DNA from: Ancylonema sp.
Taxonomy: Eukaryota
Length of the DNA stretch: 64,000 nt
NCBI GenBank assembly: GCA_050230475.1
Contig: JBFLGF010000073.1
Span: 1 to 64,000, forward strand
Reading direction: 5' to 3'
Below, in pieces: positions 1-10,843 of this stretch (position 1 is the first letter of the stretch; every line of letters begins with the position of its first letter). The notes under the pieces were generated by a model, which ran no database searches, was not told the DNA's origin, and saw only the letters and a list, made by a program, of their open reading frames with translations. The position numbers and the translations under genes are program-made.

Positions 1-78
1 CCCGCCGCTCCTTCCACCCCAACCCTCCCCCCTTTGTCTCCGCCCGCTATACCCTCACCCTCACCTCCTCCTCCCTAG

Positions 79-1333
79 GCGCCGTGCTGCGCCTCACTAA
101 CCGCACCCGCTCCCCCCTCACTTTCGAGCCCTCCATTCGTGCAGCCTTGTCGGTGGGATCCAATCAGGACGCAACCCTGCTGGGCCTGAGGGGGAGGGAG
201 TATCGGGCCACTGCAGCAGACAATCAGGAGGGTAGGGAGGGGGGTGGGGAGGAAGGCGTGTTTGAGAGCATTTGGCGAATGATCTCACAGAGACAGGCTG
301 ATGTCAGCGCCCAGAAGGTGATATCAGCTGCCAGCCCCAGCTCTGGTGAGCAAAATGCGCAAACGGAGAGCCCAGGTGTGGACAGAACAAGGCGCGTGTT
401 GGGTTGGGAGCGGGAGAGGGTGGGGGAGGGGGATGGAAATCGCGGATTCTATGTCTGGTCGGGCCAGTGGAGGAGACAAGGGGAAGAGCGACAACAGCTG
501 GGAGTGGAGAGGGAGCGGTTGTATAGAAAAGCACCACCGGCCGTGAGTATGGTGGATAAGGTACGGCGTGTGAGAGTCTGCCACCTGGCAGCTCTTAGAA
601 CCTTACACTCTGCGTGACCTGAATCGGTAGCCCGTTTTTTAGGGAGAGGGTTGGGACTTGTTTTTTAGGGTTTTTTTAGCATTGTCCTGCTGGGTTCTTG
701 TCGTAAAAAAACAGCTGCGCCGCTATTCGAAGTGCCTGGTTTGCAATCCTCGGAAGATTCATCCATTTCGGGTTCAGAGAAACCTCGTGATTGGCAAGTC
801 TGGCCGTAGAGCATTGGGATTGCCTTGCTGGGTTCAACGTACAGCTGGCAGATTGGGGGGCGGGGGGGGGAGGGGGCACATGCAAACTCTGAATATCAAT
901 TGGATAGAGCGTTGTTTTCACGAAAATTGTGACTTTTCTATACAGTGCTCCTATACATGCTGACCTCCTTACATGTATACATATGATATAACCTATACGT
1001 ATATGTATATAAACTGAGTCTATGAGACTCGACTTATACGTTGCATTCGCTCGACTACGCTCTGCTAACCCTAGTTAGGCTCCCTGGTTTGTTCCTGCAG
1101 GTCGGCGCAGGTCATTCACAGTGGAGGGGATAAATTTCGAGGACGTGATGGTAGACTCGGTAGAGGAGGGGAGCAGTGTCCAGAATTGGCACCGTGCGGT
1201 TACCCTTGGTACGCACGGTTAGTGCGCCCGTGGTGATAGGCCCCGGGGAGGAGTGGGGAGGGGCGCAGGTGATTAGGAACCCAGGGGCAAAGGTGGTGGT
1301 GGGGGGCGGTGGGGGGCTAGGTGACAAGGGTAA
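79..1333 (+). CDS. 3' part of NDF5/PnsB2-like (aldose 1-epimerase fold) chloroplast protein; 5' exons lie outside the window
   Basis: Exon ~79-560 ends RLYRKAPPAVSMVDK|gt. The exon from ~1101 reads RRRSFTVEGINFEDVMVDS...TLG/YARLVR/PVVIGPGEEWGGAQVIRNPG, which resembles the NDF5 C-terminus as recalled (DRGRRNSV...ISL..G.VW.G...LHNP). It needs about three single-base corrections in G/C runs. Stop position is approximate. Confidence 0.55.
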
Positions 1334-2038
1334 CCAGGGGAGAAGTGGACGCTGATCGGATGCACATTTGAATGACATTGTTCAAGGGAGCCGTGGGCAT
1401 GGATGGTCAAATGTGTGATGTCCTTTTTAACCGAATTCTAAAGCTGATTCATACCCTTATGTTGGAAAGGCAAGTGTATGGCACCTTGGAATGATGTTGC
1501 GATTTGGAATAGAGAACAGAGTGGCAGGACAGAGGGTGGTGGAGGGTAATTTCGACGAAACTACTTGTATTGCTTCGATTCATGTTGCCACCAACTGGTA
1601 CCGGTAAGCGAGACAGCCTAGCAATTTGAAATTATCGACTTCAGCCATTGCATGGAATGAGATTTGATTTCTTGGGTTCCTGTCGTTCGGCACGGAAATA
1701 AAATATGGCGACAATAATGAATACATCGAATGTCATACCTATGAAAACTGCCGCTGCGACCCTACATTTGTCAAAAAATTTATCGATTGAAACATGACTT
1801 GAGCTCAAGCAACAATGTATACCTACCACCAGATGTGCACAAATGTGATGGCTGTAGTATATAAATTTGTCACTTGCGAGCATGCGAATAAGCCGAACAA
1901 TTCCCTACTCGACAATGTCAACCACTTTCATAATTAGAGCTAATGGCCAAAGATCAGTGAACACCTGCAAAAACTATCAATCATGGACAACATCGTGTAC
2001 ACAGGCGGTGTGGTGCTGCAGGGATGTGACACTGACTT

Positions 2039-2470
2039 CTAACGTTCGCTTTCTTCTTTTTCGCCGCCATCAACGCCACCGTTCTCCACATCAGCATTTC
2101 GGTGCTCCGAAATGCTCCCTTCTCCCTCCCCCAGCCACAATACCCATCCCGAGTACACGCAGCAGCTCACTACCAGCCACACCGCAAGTGAGCTGAGTAT
2201 GCACAAAGCAACGAGATATGAGTATGGGTGTTGGAGCACAGGGAGCCAGATTTGTAGTACGTCCGCTCGGAAGATTAGGAACAGCAGGTAACCGACACCG
2301 CACAGTATGCCGACGCCAACGAAGAGACCAATGACCGAGATGGCCCATCACAGGGGATCGTGTGGCGCCACTTGGGTGGGCAGAGCTTCATGCTCTGAAG
2401 CTCTTGTCTGAGGCAGGGAGCTTGTGGTAGGCGGCGATGCGCTGCCACGTGGCTCCATATCTACTTCCAT
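2039..2470 (-). CDS. Small predicted two-TM membrane protein ORF (143 codons) interrupted by an in-frame TGA at codon 41
   Basis: ATG at 2470 gives MEVDMEPRGSASPPTTSSLPQTRASEHEALPTQVAPHDPL*WAISVIGLFVGVGILCGVGYLLFLIF...YLVALCILSSLAVWLVVSCCVYSGWVLWLGEGEG...EKEESER, stop at 2039-2041. It has two clear hydrophobic segments and an acidic tail. Confidence 0.4.
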
Positions 2471-3867
2471 TTGCGAAGGGGGAAAGATGTAGGTGGCGTG
2501 GGAGAAGAGGCACCAGCACAGGTAGATTGCACGCCTGGCGATAAATCAGCGACTTTATATGTTGAAGCTGATTTCCCTGAATTGTGGAGCGTGCAGATAT
2601 CATGATAGGATTAACTTACTTGGTCTGAGACCTGAATTTCAATACGGCCTCTGCGACAAGTCGCAGCGAATATGATAATTGACGAGCTTTCCATGCGAAC
2701 GATGGAGCCAGTGGGTCACATGAGAGAAAATATTGCCCTTGATCTCAGTCAAATTATCTGATGTTGGAGCGGTAGAAAGCTGCTTGCCATCTCGGACAGT
2801 GATGAACAAAATTTTACGTGTTACACTTATTTTGTAGGTCCTGGTTTACTACTGGCTACCAATACATATGCCAAGTGCAATTGTTATGTCAAGCATCGTT
2901 TTTCGTCACAGGTTGACTGGAGTTGCGCGATTGCATGCAGGAAGTAATGGCGCTTGACAATGCAACTGTGCGTACAGGACATTGGCATCTCAAAGTCTTC
3001 CGAATACCGAAATTCGTGCGTCCACTTGCATGATTCGACCCCCGCTGGAATATGCAGGAGATGAGGCATACCTCTCGAAGTGTAGGTCACAAGGTGACGT
3101 GGTTCCAGCAGTTTATCTCTAGGTGCGCCCGGGTGCGACCGGGGTGCAACTGCAGGAAAAAGGTTGGCGTCAATGTTTATCTCATGATAAGAGTGAGTTG
3201 GCTTGATATATTTCAGGATGCCGAAAGGCATTGTGGCAGAATTTGAGAAGAAAATAGTTTTACAGCTGGCAGGATGGTGGATCTCATTTTCTGTCATAAT
3301 TTTTGAATAAACCAGCTTGCTTTGTTCGAGAATATAAATGAATAAAAAAATATGATTCAGGTATCTGTTTCCCTCGCAAACCAGATCAAATGGATATTTT
3401 TGCATGCAGCAACCTGTTATTCAGGAGGGTCACCATCATCATTCGACGAATTACCTGTAGCTTCGACAGATTTCCCCAGACGGGTGATTGTGTGTGAATC
3501 CTGTCGCTCTCCCTTTTTCGTTCTCGAGCAAACTAGGAGCAATCGAGAATTTATGAAGATTAGTAGTAACGCAGGAGGGACGCCGGATTGAAGCTGTGCA
3601 GGCATGCGATGCTCTGACACCAGGGCGCAGTTTTTGCTTCAGACGTCAAATCCTACTGGACCTCCGGGACCTCCGGGACCTCCGGAGGTTTCAGTTGAAT
3701 CCTAGCTGGCAGAGTGAATGTACAGCTGTTCAATTCCGGACTGACGACAACAGATACCCGACTTTCCAGACCGTACAATTCCTGTCCAACCGCGTTAAAG
3801 TTTCCGGTTCACATCAGTTTCGGTTTTCGGTCTCACGAACCTGTATTCTCGATACAGCGATATTTGT

Positions 3868-3905
3868 AGCGTGAGCTGGGAAGCTGGAGCTTCCCAGCTC
3901 ACGCT
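3868..3905. repeat. Perfect 18-bp inverted repeat with 2-nt spacer
   Basis: AGCGTGAGCTGGGAAGCT-GG-AGCTTCCCAGCTCACGCT. Confidence 0.95.
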
Positions 3906-4142
3906 TCCATCTGGAGATGGAAGCGTCCGAAATGCTCGTCAGAACTGTCAGAGCTGGCAACAGATGGATAATGATGAAGTTCCATCCAGCAAATAATCGG
4001 CCTGCGCAGACAATCTCGACATACGTGTCGCCCTTTTTCTAGAGAGCCGTGAATGTTGCTAGCACCATAGACCGAACACAGAACTGCAGTGCTGCGCACA
4101 GGGCCAAAACTTTTACCGCCGAATGTGGCGAGTCTTCATCGA

Positions 4143-7100
4143 ATGATTTTTGCGGTGATGCACATCAATGGAATACCACTTCAGTTTGTACGGCCTCCAA
4201 AACCCAGCATCGCCAACTTCCCGACCAGGATGCCCATCTCCTTATCCTACAGTCCATCTACCTACGGAGAGACTGGGCGGCAAGATAACTTCAAATATGA
4301 CAAAAAAGATATATCGTCATCTGAAAACACGTTATCACACCACCACCGTGTCCTTTCACCGAACATTCCAGGCTTGACCGTTGGCCAGGCTGGCACTTTC
4401 AACCAATTTCCAAATCCGGCTCTCGCTGAGCACTGCATGGAAGAGAAAATCAACGATGCCTCATTGGCCACCCAAATTCCTGGACACTGCCCCCCTATTC
4501 CACCTCCGTCACCCCCTGCGCGGTTAACCGGAAAGGCCCTAAGCTCTGCCATTGAGAAGGAGTACAGTCCCAGGAGGCTGCTGCATCTAGTGGCAACCTA
4601 CAAGGAGGCGTTGACACCTGTCCAGATTTGCACTGCCTTCCATCGGATCGGAAAACGGAGCTCCAAGCTGGGGGAGAGCAGGAAAGCCCCCCTCAGAAAC
4701 GACGAGAGTGTGATATGGCTGGCGGCCAGAGTCAATGACTGTCTGCCGCTGTACGAAGCGCAGGCGCTTACAAATGTGGCGTGGTGAGGCATTTTAGGGT
4801 TTTCCAGAGTTTCAGACGGGATTGTTGGGGGAGGCTGAGCACATTTTTGGGCCAAGCTAAGGGTGCTTGTATGGTGTATCAGGTGTTTTTTGCGATGTAG
4901 CCGATCCTGATTGGCTTCAGGAAGTGTGCAGATTGTTCCTTGCATTTCAGTTTCATATATATACACATAGAGAATTTAGACACTTGTTTAGACATATACA
5001 TATTATACATATATATATATATATATATATGCATCGAAATACTTGTACCATCTACAGGCATGTATGTGCCTGCATGAATGATTGGACACACACCCATTTG
5101 CCGAAAATATGCGTTTGTCCACGCACATACATACCCAGGGATACACACGTGTGTACACATGCATTCATGTGTAAACAATTCCACACAAACTAATTATGTA
5201 TTTAAACATATTAGGCATCTATATAAATGTGTGTCCCTGCTTGTGTAATTATACTCACACATCCACACATCCACTCATCCACTCATCCACTCATCCACTC
5301 ATCCACTCATCAACAGTCCAAAACACATTTGTACCGTCCCCTGATTCGTCCGTAGGGCCCACACACAGCTGGTGCACGGGTCTGACGGGTTGCTGGATCG
5401 TGTGGAAGAGTGTGCTTTCAAGCGATTGAACCAATTTCGGTCGCTGGAAGTGATCATCATGGTACGTGAAAACCGTCTTTTCTCTTTTTTCTTTGGGGCA
5501 ACAGAGTGTGGTGCTAACGGGTCGAGTGCGCCCTCCCCCAGATCCACTCCCTAGCCAAGGTCAGGACCGGCTCACGCCTCATTCAGGCCCTCATAGAGAG
5601 ACATGTGGCGGGACAGCTGGAAAAGTTTGAGGCCAGGCAGATGAAAGAGGTGGTGTGGTAAGGGGGGGGAAGCACTTCCTCAGAGGGGGCGGGGGCCATG
5701 GTCGAGGGTTGGCTCAGGGTTCGGGGTTTAGGGTGCAGGGCTATGGCCAAAATGGAACTGCAACTGTGGGAAACCTTCCAAGAAATTGCCGAGCACCTGC
5801 CAGGAAGACTGCTGGAGCTGGAGATCGGACACCTGGCAAACATTGCTTGGTGAGAAAGGTTGTTGCGGGGTTGGCTCCATCTGACAAAAGTGCCAAAGCT
5901 GGCCCAAACTGGAGGCTGCGTGAGAGAGGTGATGTCAGCAACTGCAGGGTGCCCCATCTTGCTGACGTCAGCAGGCATCCTTTTCTCCCGCAGGGCGTAC
6001 TCCAAAGCCGGGGTCGATGCTCCACTCCTGTTCCGCCACATCATCCCCCGTCTGCTCGCCCTTCTGCCCCAGGCTCTCCCGCAAGACCTCTCCAACCTCG
6101 CCTGGTATGATGACAGCTGGCGCTCCGCCCATCCTGTGCTCATGGGGGATCTCTGTGGTCGCCAGGGCGTATGCGAAGCAAGGAGTGAAGCACGATGACC
6201 TCATGCAGCGACTTGCTGACGTCAGCATCCAGACCGCCCCCCGCATGTCACCCCAGAGCCTCTCTAATGTCACCTGGTCCTTTGCCATGCTGGCGGTGCA
6301 CCGCCCGGACCTCATGGCGGCGGTGGAGAGGGAGGTGTGCAGGCGGGCGGCAGACTTTGCCCCACAGGGCCTCGCCAACGTCGCTTGGTACACACACAAG
6401 AGACCCTAAGAAAGAGGGGGGGGGGGGGGGGGGGAAGAAAAAAAGATGATCTATACACATATGAAATAAGGGAACTGACATCAGAATTTATTCATAGCAC
6501 TATGTAAAAATAGATATAAAAAGTAAACATAAAATCGACAGCCCCCCCCTCCCCCCCCCCCCCCCCCCCCTTCTCTCAGGGCCTTCTCCTCCCTGTCGCA
6601 CTACTCCCGCCCCCTCTTCTGTGCTGTCTCCACCCAGGCCCAGCTCCGCCTGCCTCTCTTCGAACCGGAGTCTCTTGGGGCGCTTGCGCTCTCCTTTGCC
6701 TCCATCGCCCACTTGGACCACGCCCTCATGGCGGCCATCGCTGAGGAGGTGGGGACACCGCACACCACTCACTCGCCTGCGCTGTCCTGACATACCCCCG
6801 CATGCAGACACTGCAGCGCCTCCGCATGGGGGCCGAGTCCTCTCTCCACAAGTGCTCCGCTGTGAATGTGGCGTGGGCGTTGGCGCTCACTGCCACCTAC
6901 GGCAGCCCCTCCCTCTTCCCCCTCCTAAGGCAGAGGATGGGGGTGACGCTGGACTGGAGTTCCGCCCAGCTGTGCCAGCTGTTTCAGGTGGAGCTGGCAC
7001 TGCAGCTGGAGGCGCCAGCTGTCGCAGGGATGCCAGCGTGGGGACCCGACAGCTCAGCAGGGGCATACTTGCAGGACCTGTGGCTGGGAGGCCATGTGCG

Positions 7101-8416
7101 CCACCTGGCAAAGGTGAAGGGCGACCGGGAAGGAAAAGCGAATGGAGGGGGCCCCTCACTTTTCAGTTAATTCAAATACTTTTCTGTACGAATCTGCAGG
7201 CGGCGTGGGAGAGGGAAAGCGCTGAAGACAAGCGCCAGGTGTCGAAATTCCAGAGGGAGGTGGCGGCCACATTGGATCAGCTGGGCATCTGCCACCTGGC
7301 AGAGTACCGGGATGGAGAGTACAGCATCGACATGGCAGTGGTTGGGGGGCTGGGGGGGGTGAGGGTGGCTGTGGAGGCAGACGGTCCGACGCATTTCGCA
7401 GTGAATGAGAGGAGGCCACTTGGCAAAACCAGGATGAAGCGGAGGATGCTGGAGAAGAGAGGGTGGAGGGTGGTACAGGTGGGGGGGCTGGGACTGGGGG
7501 GGTGTAGGGGAGGGGGGTGGAGGGATCGGATTCTGTTGGTACCGGCCTGTTGGAAGTGTGTTGCTGACAGATTGACACCTGTCCGAAAGGAGGATGGAGA
7601 CATGCCACGCAAGTAGAAGTAATCTGAGTTTCAGGGTTTCGCGTTCACTTGGGTCTCGTTTGAGTCCGTGGGACGAATTCAATCTCATGTTATCCTTTTC
7701 AGGGTTTTTTGTGTGGTCCTTCTCTGTGATTTATGACCTTTTCTCGCCATAAATCACAGATTTCGTGGTTTTGGGTCTCTGTCGTCGCCTTCTGCTTCTC
7801 CAACTCCCCGTCATCCTTTACTTTTTTTGGTCAGGTTCCTTGGTTTGACTGGGAAGTGCTACCTGATGAGTCAGCAAAGTGTGCCTACATGGAGGAAGCC
7901 CTGAGGTCATGCCTGGGGGGCCTGGAAGCCTTCCAAGATTTGCAATCCGTGTTGTCCTCTCCACATGTGAGCGTCCAATGGAGGACTGGGAAGGGGAGAG
8001 GGGACGTGGATAGACAGGGGGGTGGGCAAACTGATGACCTTGAAATGCTGCCTCCTCCTCGAGCACCCGGGGGTGTTGTAAGGCGGGAGGAGGGGATGGG
8101 ACGGAAGGAGAGGGAAGAGGAGAGGATAGGAAGTAGAGAGGAGGACGTAATTGGCACACATGTGGATGTGGTGTCATTGACCGACTCGGATGCGGAAGCT
8201 TATGTTAGTGAAGGGGATAAAGGAGGGAGTGAATTGGTGTCTCGAGAGGCAGTCGAAAAGAAAAGGGGGATAATGAAGAGAGGGGAAGTTTTGAAGCAGT
8301 TGAAAGTTGGAAGGAGAGGGGGGAGTAAAGTCGAGTTGTTGCGCCAAGTGGCGGTTGAAAGACAAGTGGCATCCGGTAAAGGAAGTGCAGAAAAGGCGCC
8401 GATTGCTGGAGATTGA
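4143..8416 (+). CDS. Helical-repeat (37-aa, HPR/OPR/FASTK-like) protein with C-terminal RAP domain, probably organellar RNA-binding
   Basis: Exons ~4143-4783, 5356-5461, 5542-5657, 5739-5849, 5994-6104, 6166-6387, 6580-6748, 6808-7113, 7200-7478, 7835-8416. Repeats are of the type QDLSNLAWAYAK and QGLANVAWAF. RAP motif YSIDMA...VAVEADGPTHF...LGKTRMKRRMLEKRGWRVVQVPWFDW. Start codon uncertain. Confidence 0.85.
5263..5310 (+). repeat. (CCACTCAT)n octamer tandem repeat in intron
   Basis: About 6 consecutive CCACTCAT-like units. Confidence 0.9.
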
Positions 8417-9305
8417 ATCTCGTTCGCTTTCTTTCAAAACTAGAAGTCCAAAGAATTGAGAAAAGCTGAGGCTTTGATTTGGCCTTCGATGTTTATGGGT
8501 GTTGGCGTCAAAAAGGTTCCTTCTTGTGAGAAATGGTTGCAACATGCCAAGTGTGTATAAGACAAGTGCTGAGTTGGGACGGGTGAATCCGATTAGTGAA
8601 CGAGTATTCGTTAGACGGGGTTAGTTTGTTTGTTTCGCTTATTCGGCAGGAACATCGATATAGGTGCTCATAGGGTGTTAAATGAACATGGTGACTGTAT
8701 CGAACAATATGTGGTCAAATATGGACAAATATTTGACATGCCAGATTAGCGGCAGGTTTCGCGGGATAGGGTATCGGGATTGCGGCAGTGCGTGTCGGCG
8801 CGTGACAATGACAGCGCATTGGCCATGTTTTGTGTATATGGTTTAGATTGATCTTCTGCTGTATCTAGGGCAGTAAATTGGATAAGAACATGTTAGCTGT
8901 ACTGTGGCAGATAAGGCGGATATTGTTTGACTAGTATAGAGACTTTCTTCTGTACTTTGTGTTGCGCTTGCTTTTACGTGAAAGAAGCTTCGTATATGTG
9001 CTGAGTAAATGGTATGTGTTCAATGTGTTCAATGTGAATTAGTCCATGGCCTTCATGCCATTTGAGTATTGAGTTGAGTTGCCTATGAGTATTTGCTGAA
9101 TATAATTCAGATAACAAGTATTAAGGAGTCCAATGGGCTCCACACTTCACTGTCTCGCCCGGAATTGTGAGCAAACAAACTCTTAGATAATTTATACTCA
9201 ATTCCCAAACTGCGAAGTTTTCCTTCACCTTTGTGCTTGTCTTCCATCCGAATTGTCTACAAATCGTAAGTGTATGATCCGATGTTGCACTTAAGAGCAT
9301 GGCTT

Positions 9306-9383
9306 ATGACCACTCACTTCGGCCACTCACTTCGCGTCGATACGCGTCGATACCGCAGTGAGTGGCCGATGTGAGTGGGTCAT
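9306..9383. repeat. Imperfect hairpin built of CCACTCAC units
   Basis: ATGACCACTCACTTCGGCCACTCAC...GTGAGTGGCCGATGTGAGTGGGTCAT; the left arm recurs at ~9439. Confidence 0.8.
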
Positions 9384-9580
9384 CGGCTACTCATTTTGAT
9401 TTGGACGAAGTGAGTCGCCTGAAAAAACGTCTCGGTTTATGACCACTCACTTCGATTCGTTCGTACCCCTCGGTCGGACACGCCTGTCCGAGCGCACTCG
9501 AACGCAGGTATTCGCCTCTGTTTCAGCTGCTGCTGCTGATGATGCCTCTGCTCTGTCGCAGGGTGTTTTAGTAAGTGGTT

Positions 9581-9641
9581 GATCTCCGCCATCTCCGCCA
9601 CCTCCGCCATCTCCGCCATCTCCGCCATCTCCGCCATCTCC
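9581..9641 (+). repeat. (ATCTCCGCC)n 9-mer tandem repeat
   Basis: About 6.5 units directly upstream of ORF 9652. Confidence 0.9.
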
Positions 9642-9651
9642 GATAACTCCG

Positions 9652-10101
9652 ATGGATGAAGCGGTAGCATTAAAACCGTTTCGAGCGTTAGAAGCAATGT
9701 TGAGGGATGAGCTAGAGGATAACGGGATGGACGAGCTCATGAAGTGGACAATATGTGACAGCGCAGATGATGATATCTTGCATGCTGCGTTCCGACGATC
9801 TCACGTGAATTTGCTGAGGATCAGGCGTGAGAAACTGGAATTGCTAGAGCAGTTAGAAACAGGTGGTCGAAAAAGAAAACAGCCTGTACGTCATGAAGGG
9901 GATGAAGGAGGGAGTGAATTGGTGTCTCGAGAGGTAGTCCAAAAGAAAAGGAGGATAAGGAGGAGAGGGGGAGTTTTGAAGCAGTTGAAAGTTGAAAGGA
10001 GAGGGGGAAGTGAAGTTGAGTTGTTGCGCCAAGTGGCGGTTGAAAGACAAGTGGCATCCGGTAAAGGAAGTGGAGAAAAGGCGGCGATTGCTGAAGATTG
10101 A
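9652..10101 (+). CDS. Chimeric ORF: unrelated ~80-aa N-terminus fused to a duplicated copy of the RAP gene C-terminal tail
   Basis: EGDEGGSELVSREVVQKKRRIRRRGGVLKQLKVERRGGSEVELLRQVAVERQVASGKGSGEKAAIAED matches the end of the RAP ORF (EGDKGGSELVSREAVEKK...KAPIAGD) and stops at the equivalent codon. Confidence 0.4.
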   Translation: MDEAVALKPFRALEAMLRDELEDNGMDELMKWTICDSADDDILHAAFRRSHVNLLRIRREKLELLEQLETGGRKRKQPVRHEGDEGGSELVSREVVQKKRRIRRRGGVLKQLKVERRGGSEVELLRQVAVERQVASGKGSGEKAAIAED

Positions 10102-10467
10102 ATCTGGTTCGCTTTCTTTCAAAACTGGAAGTCCAAAGAATTGAGAAAAGCTAAGGCTTTGATTTGGCCTTCGATGTTTATGGGTGTTGGCGTTAAAAAG
10201 GTTCCTTATCTGTCTGGCCCGGAATTGTGAGCAGACATACTCTTAGAAATAATTTAGACTCCATCCTCAAATTGTGAAGATTTCCTTCACCTTTATGCAC
10301 TGGGACAGTTTGCCGATGTACTTTTCCATGAAGTCCAGCCAGGGGACCACGCCTTCCTTCACGGCCATTCTTCCTCAATCGATAGTCGAATTAGAGTGGT
10401 GTTGTCCTCTGTGTCCGATGTTAAGTCTACGAGTCGTGAGTTTGTAATCCGATGTTGCACCTAAGAA
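9894..10467 (+). repeat. Diverged local duplicate of 8209-8522 plus ~9152-9298
   Basis: 9894-10207 aligns to 8209-8522 with scattered substitutions; ~10211-10467 aligns to ~9152-9298 with an insertion. Confidence 0.9.
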
Positions 10468-10843
10468 TAACTCAATGCCGATGTGTTGCCCAGTATTGGC
10501 ACTCTGCTTGTTTTCCGCCGTTATTGCAACATGGATATCACACAGAAGACAACAGCTCGCACCAACTTTCTAGAGCAGATCACTTGTAGTTTGCTCTATG
10601 AGGACATTGCCTACAAAGTGACGAATCATTTACGGTGCTTCACACGAGGTCCCTCTCCTCCCACATTAATAGTAGTCTCCAATAGACCACACATGCTTCT
10701 TCGTACACGACTCTACTCTCCATCTCTAAGGATTCCGCACCACACCTTCCGCACAGGGCTCCACGTCTAAAAGCCCACTCCAACAACACAATAAACCTCG
10801 ACGCTGGCGTCCACATGGCCATCTATGACATTGACATACATCG

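Noticed and set aside
1101..1240. Frameshifts in the NDF5-like last exon (also GTF3C2-like ~13320-13400) as pseudogenes or programmed frameshifts
   Set aside because: They fall in G or C homopolymers in otherwise conserved frames, which is typical of long-read consensus error
1545..1590. SECIS-like ATGA...AA...GA on the minus strand downstream of the TGA-containing ORF
   Set aside because: Only ~11 nt lie between AA and GA and the apical loop would be 2 nt; the geometry does not fit a SECIS
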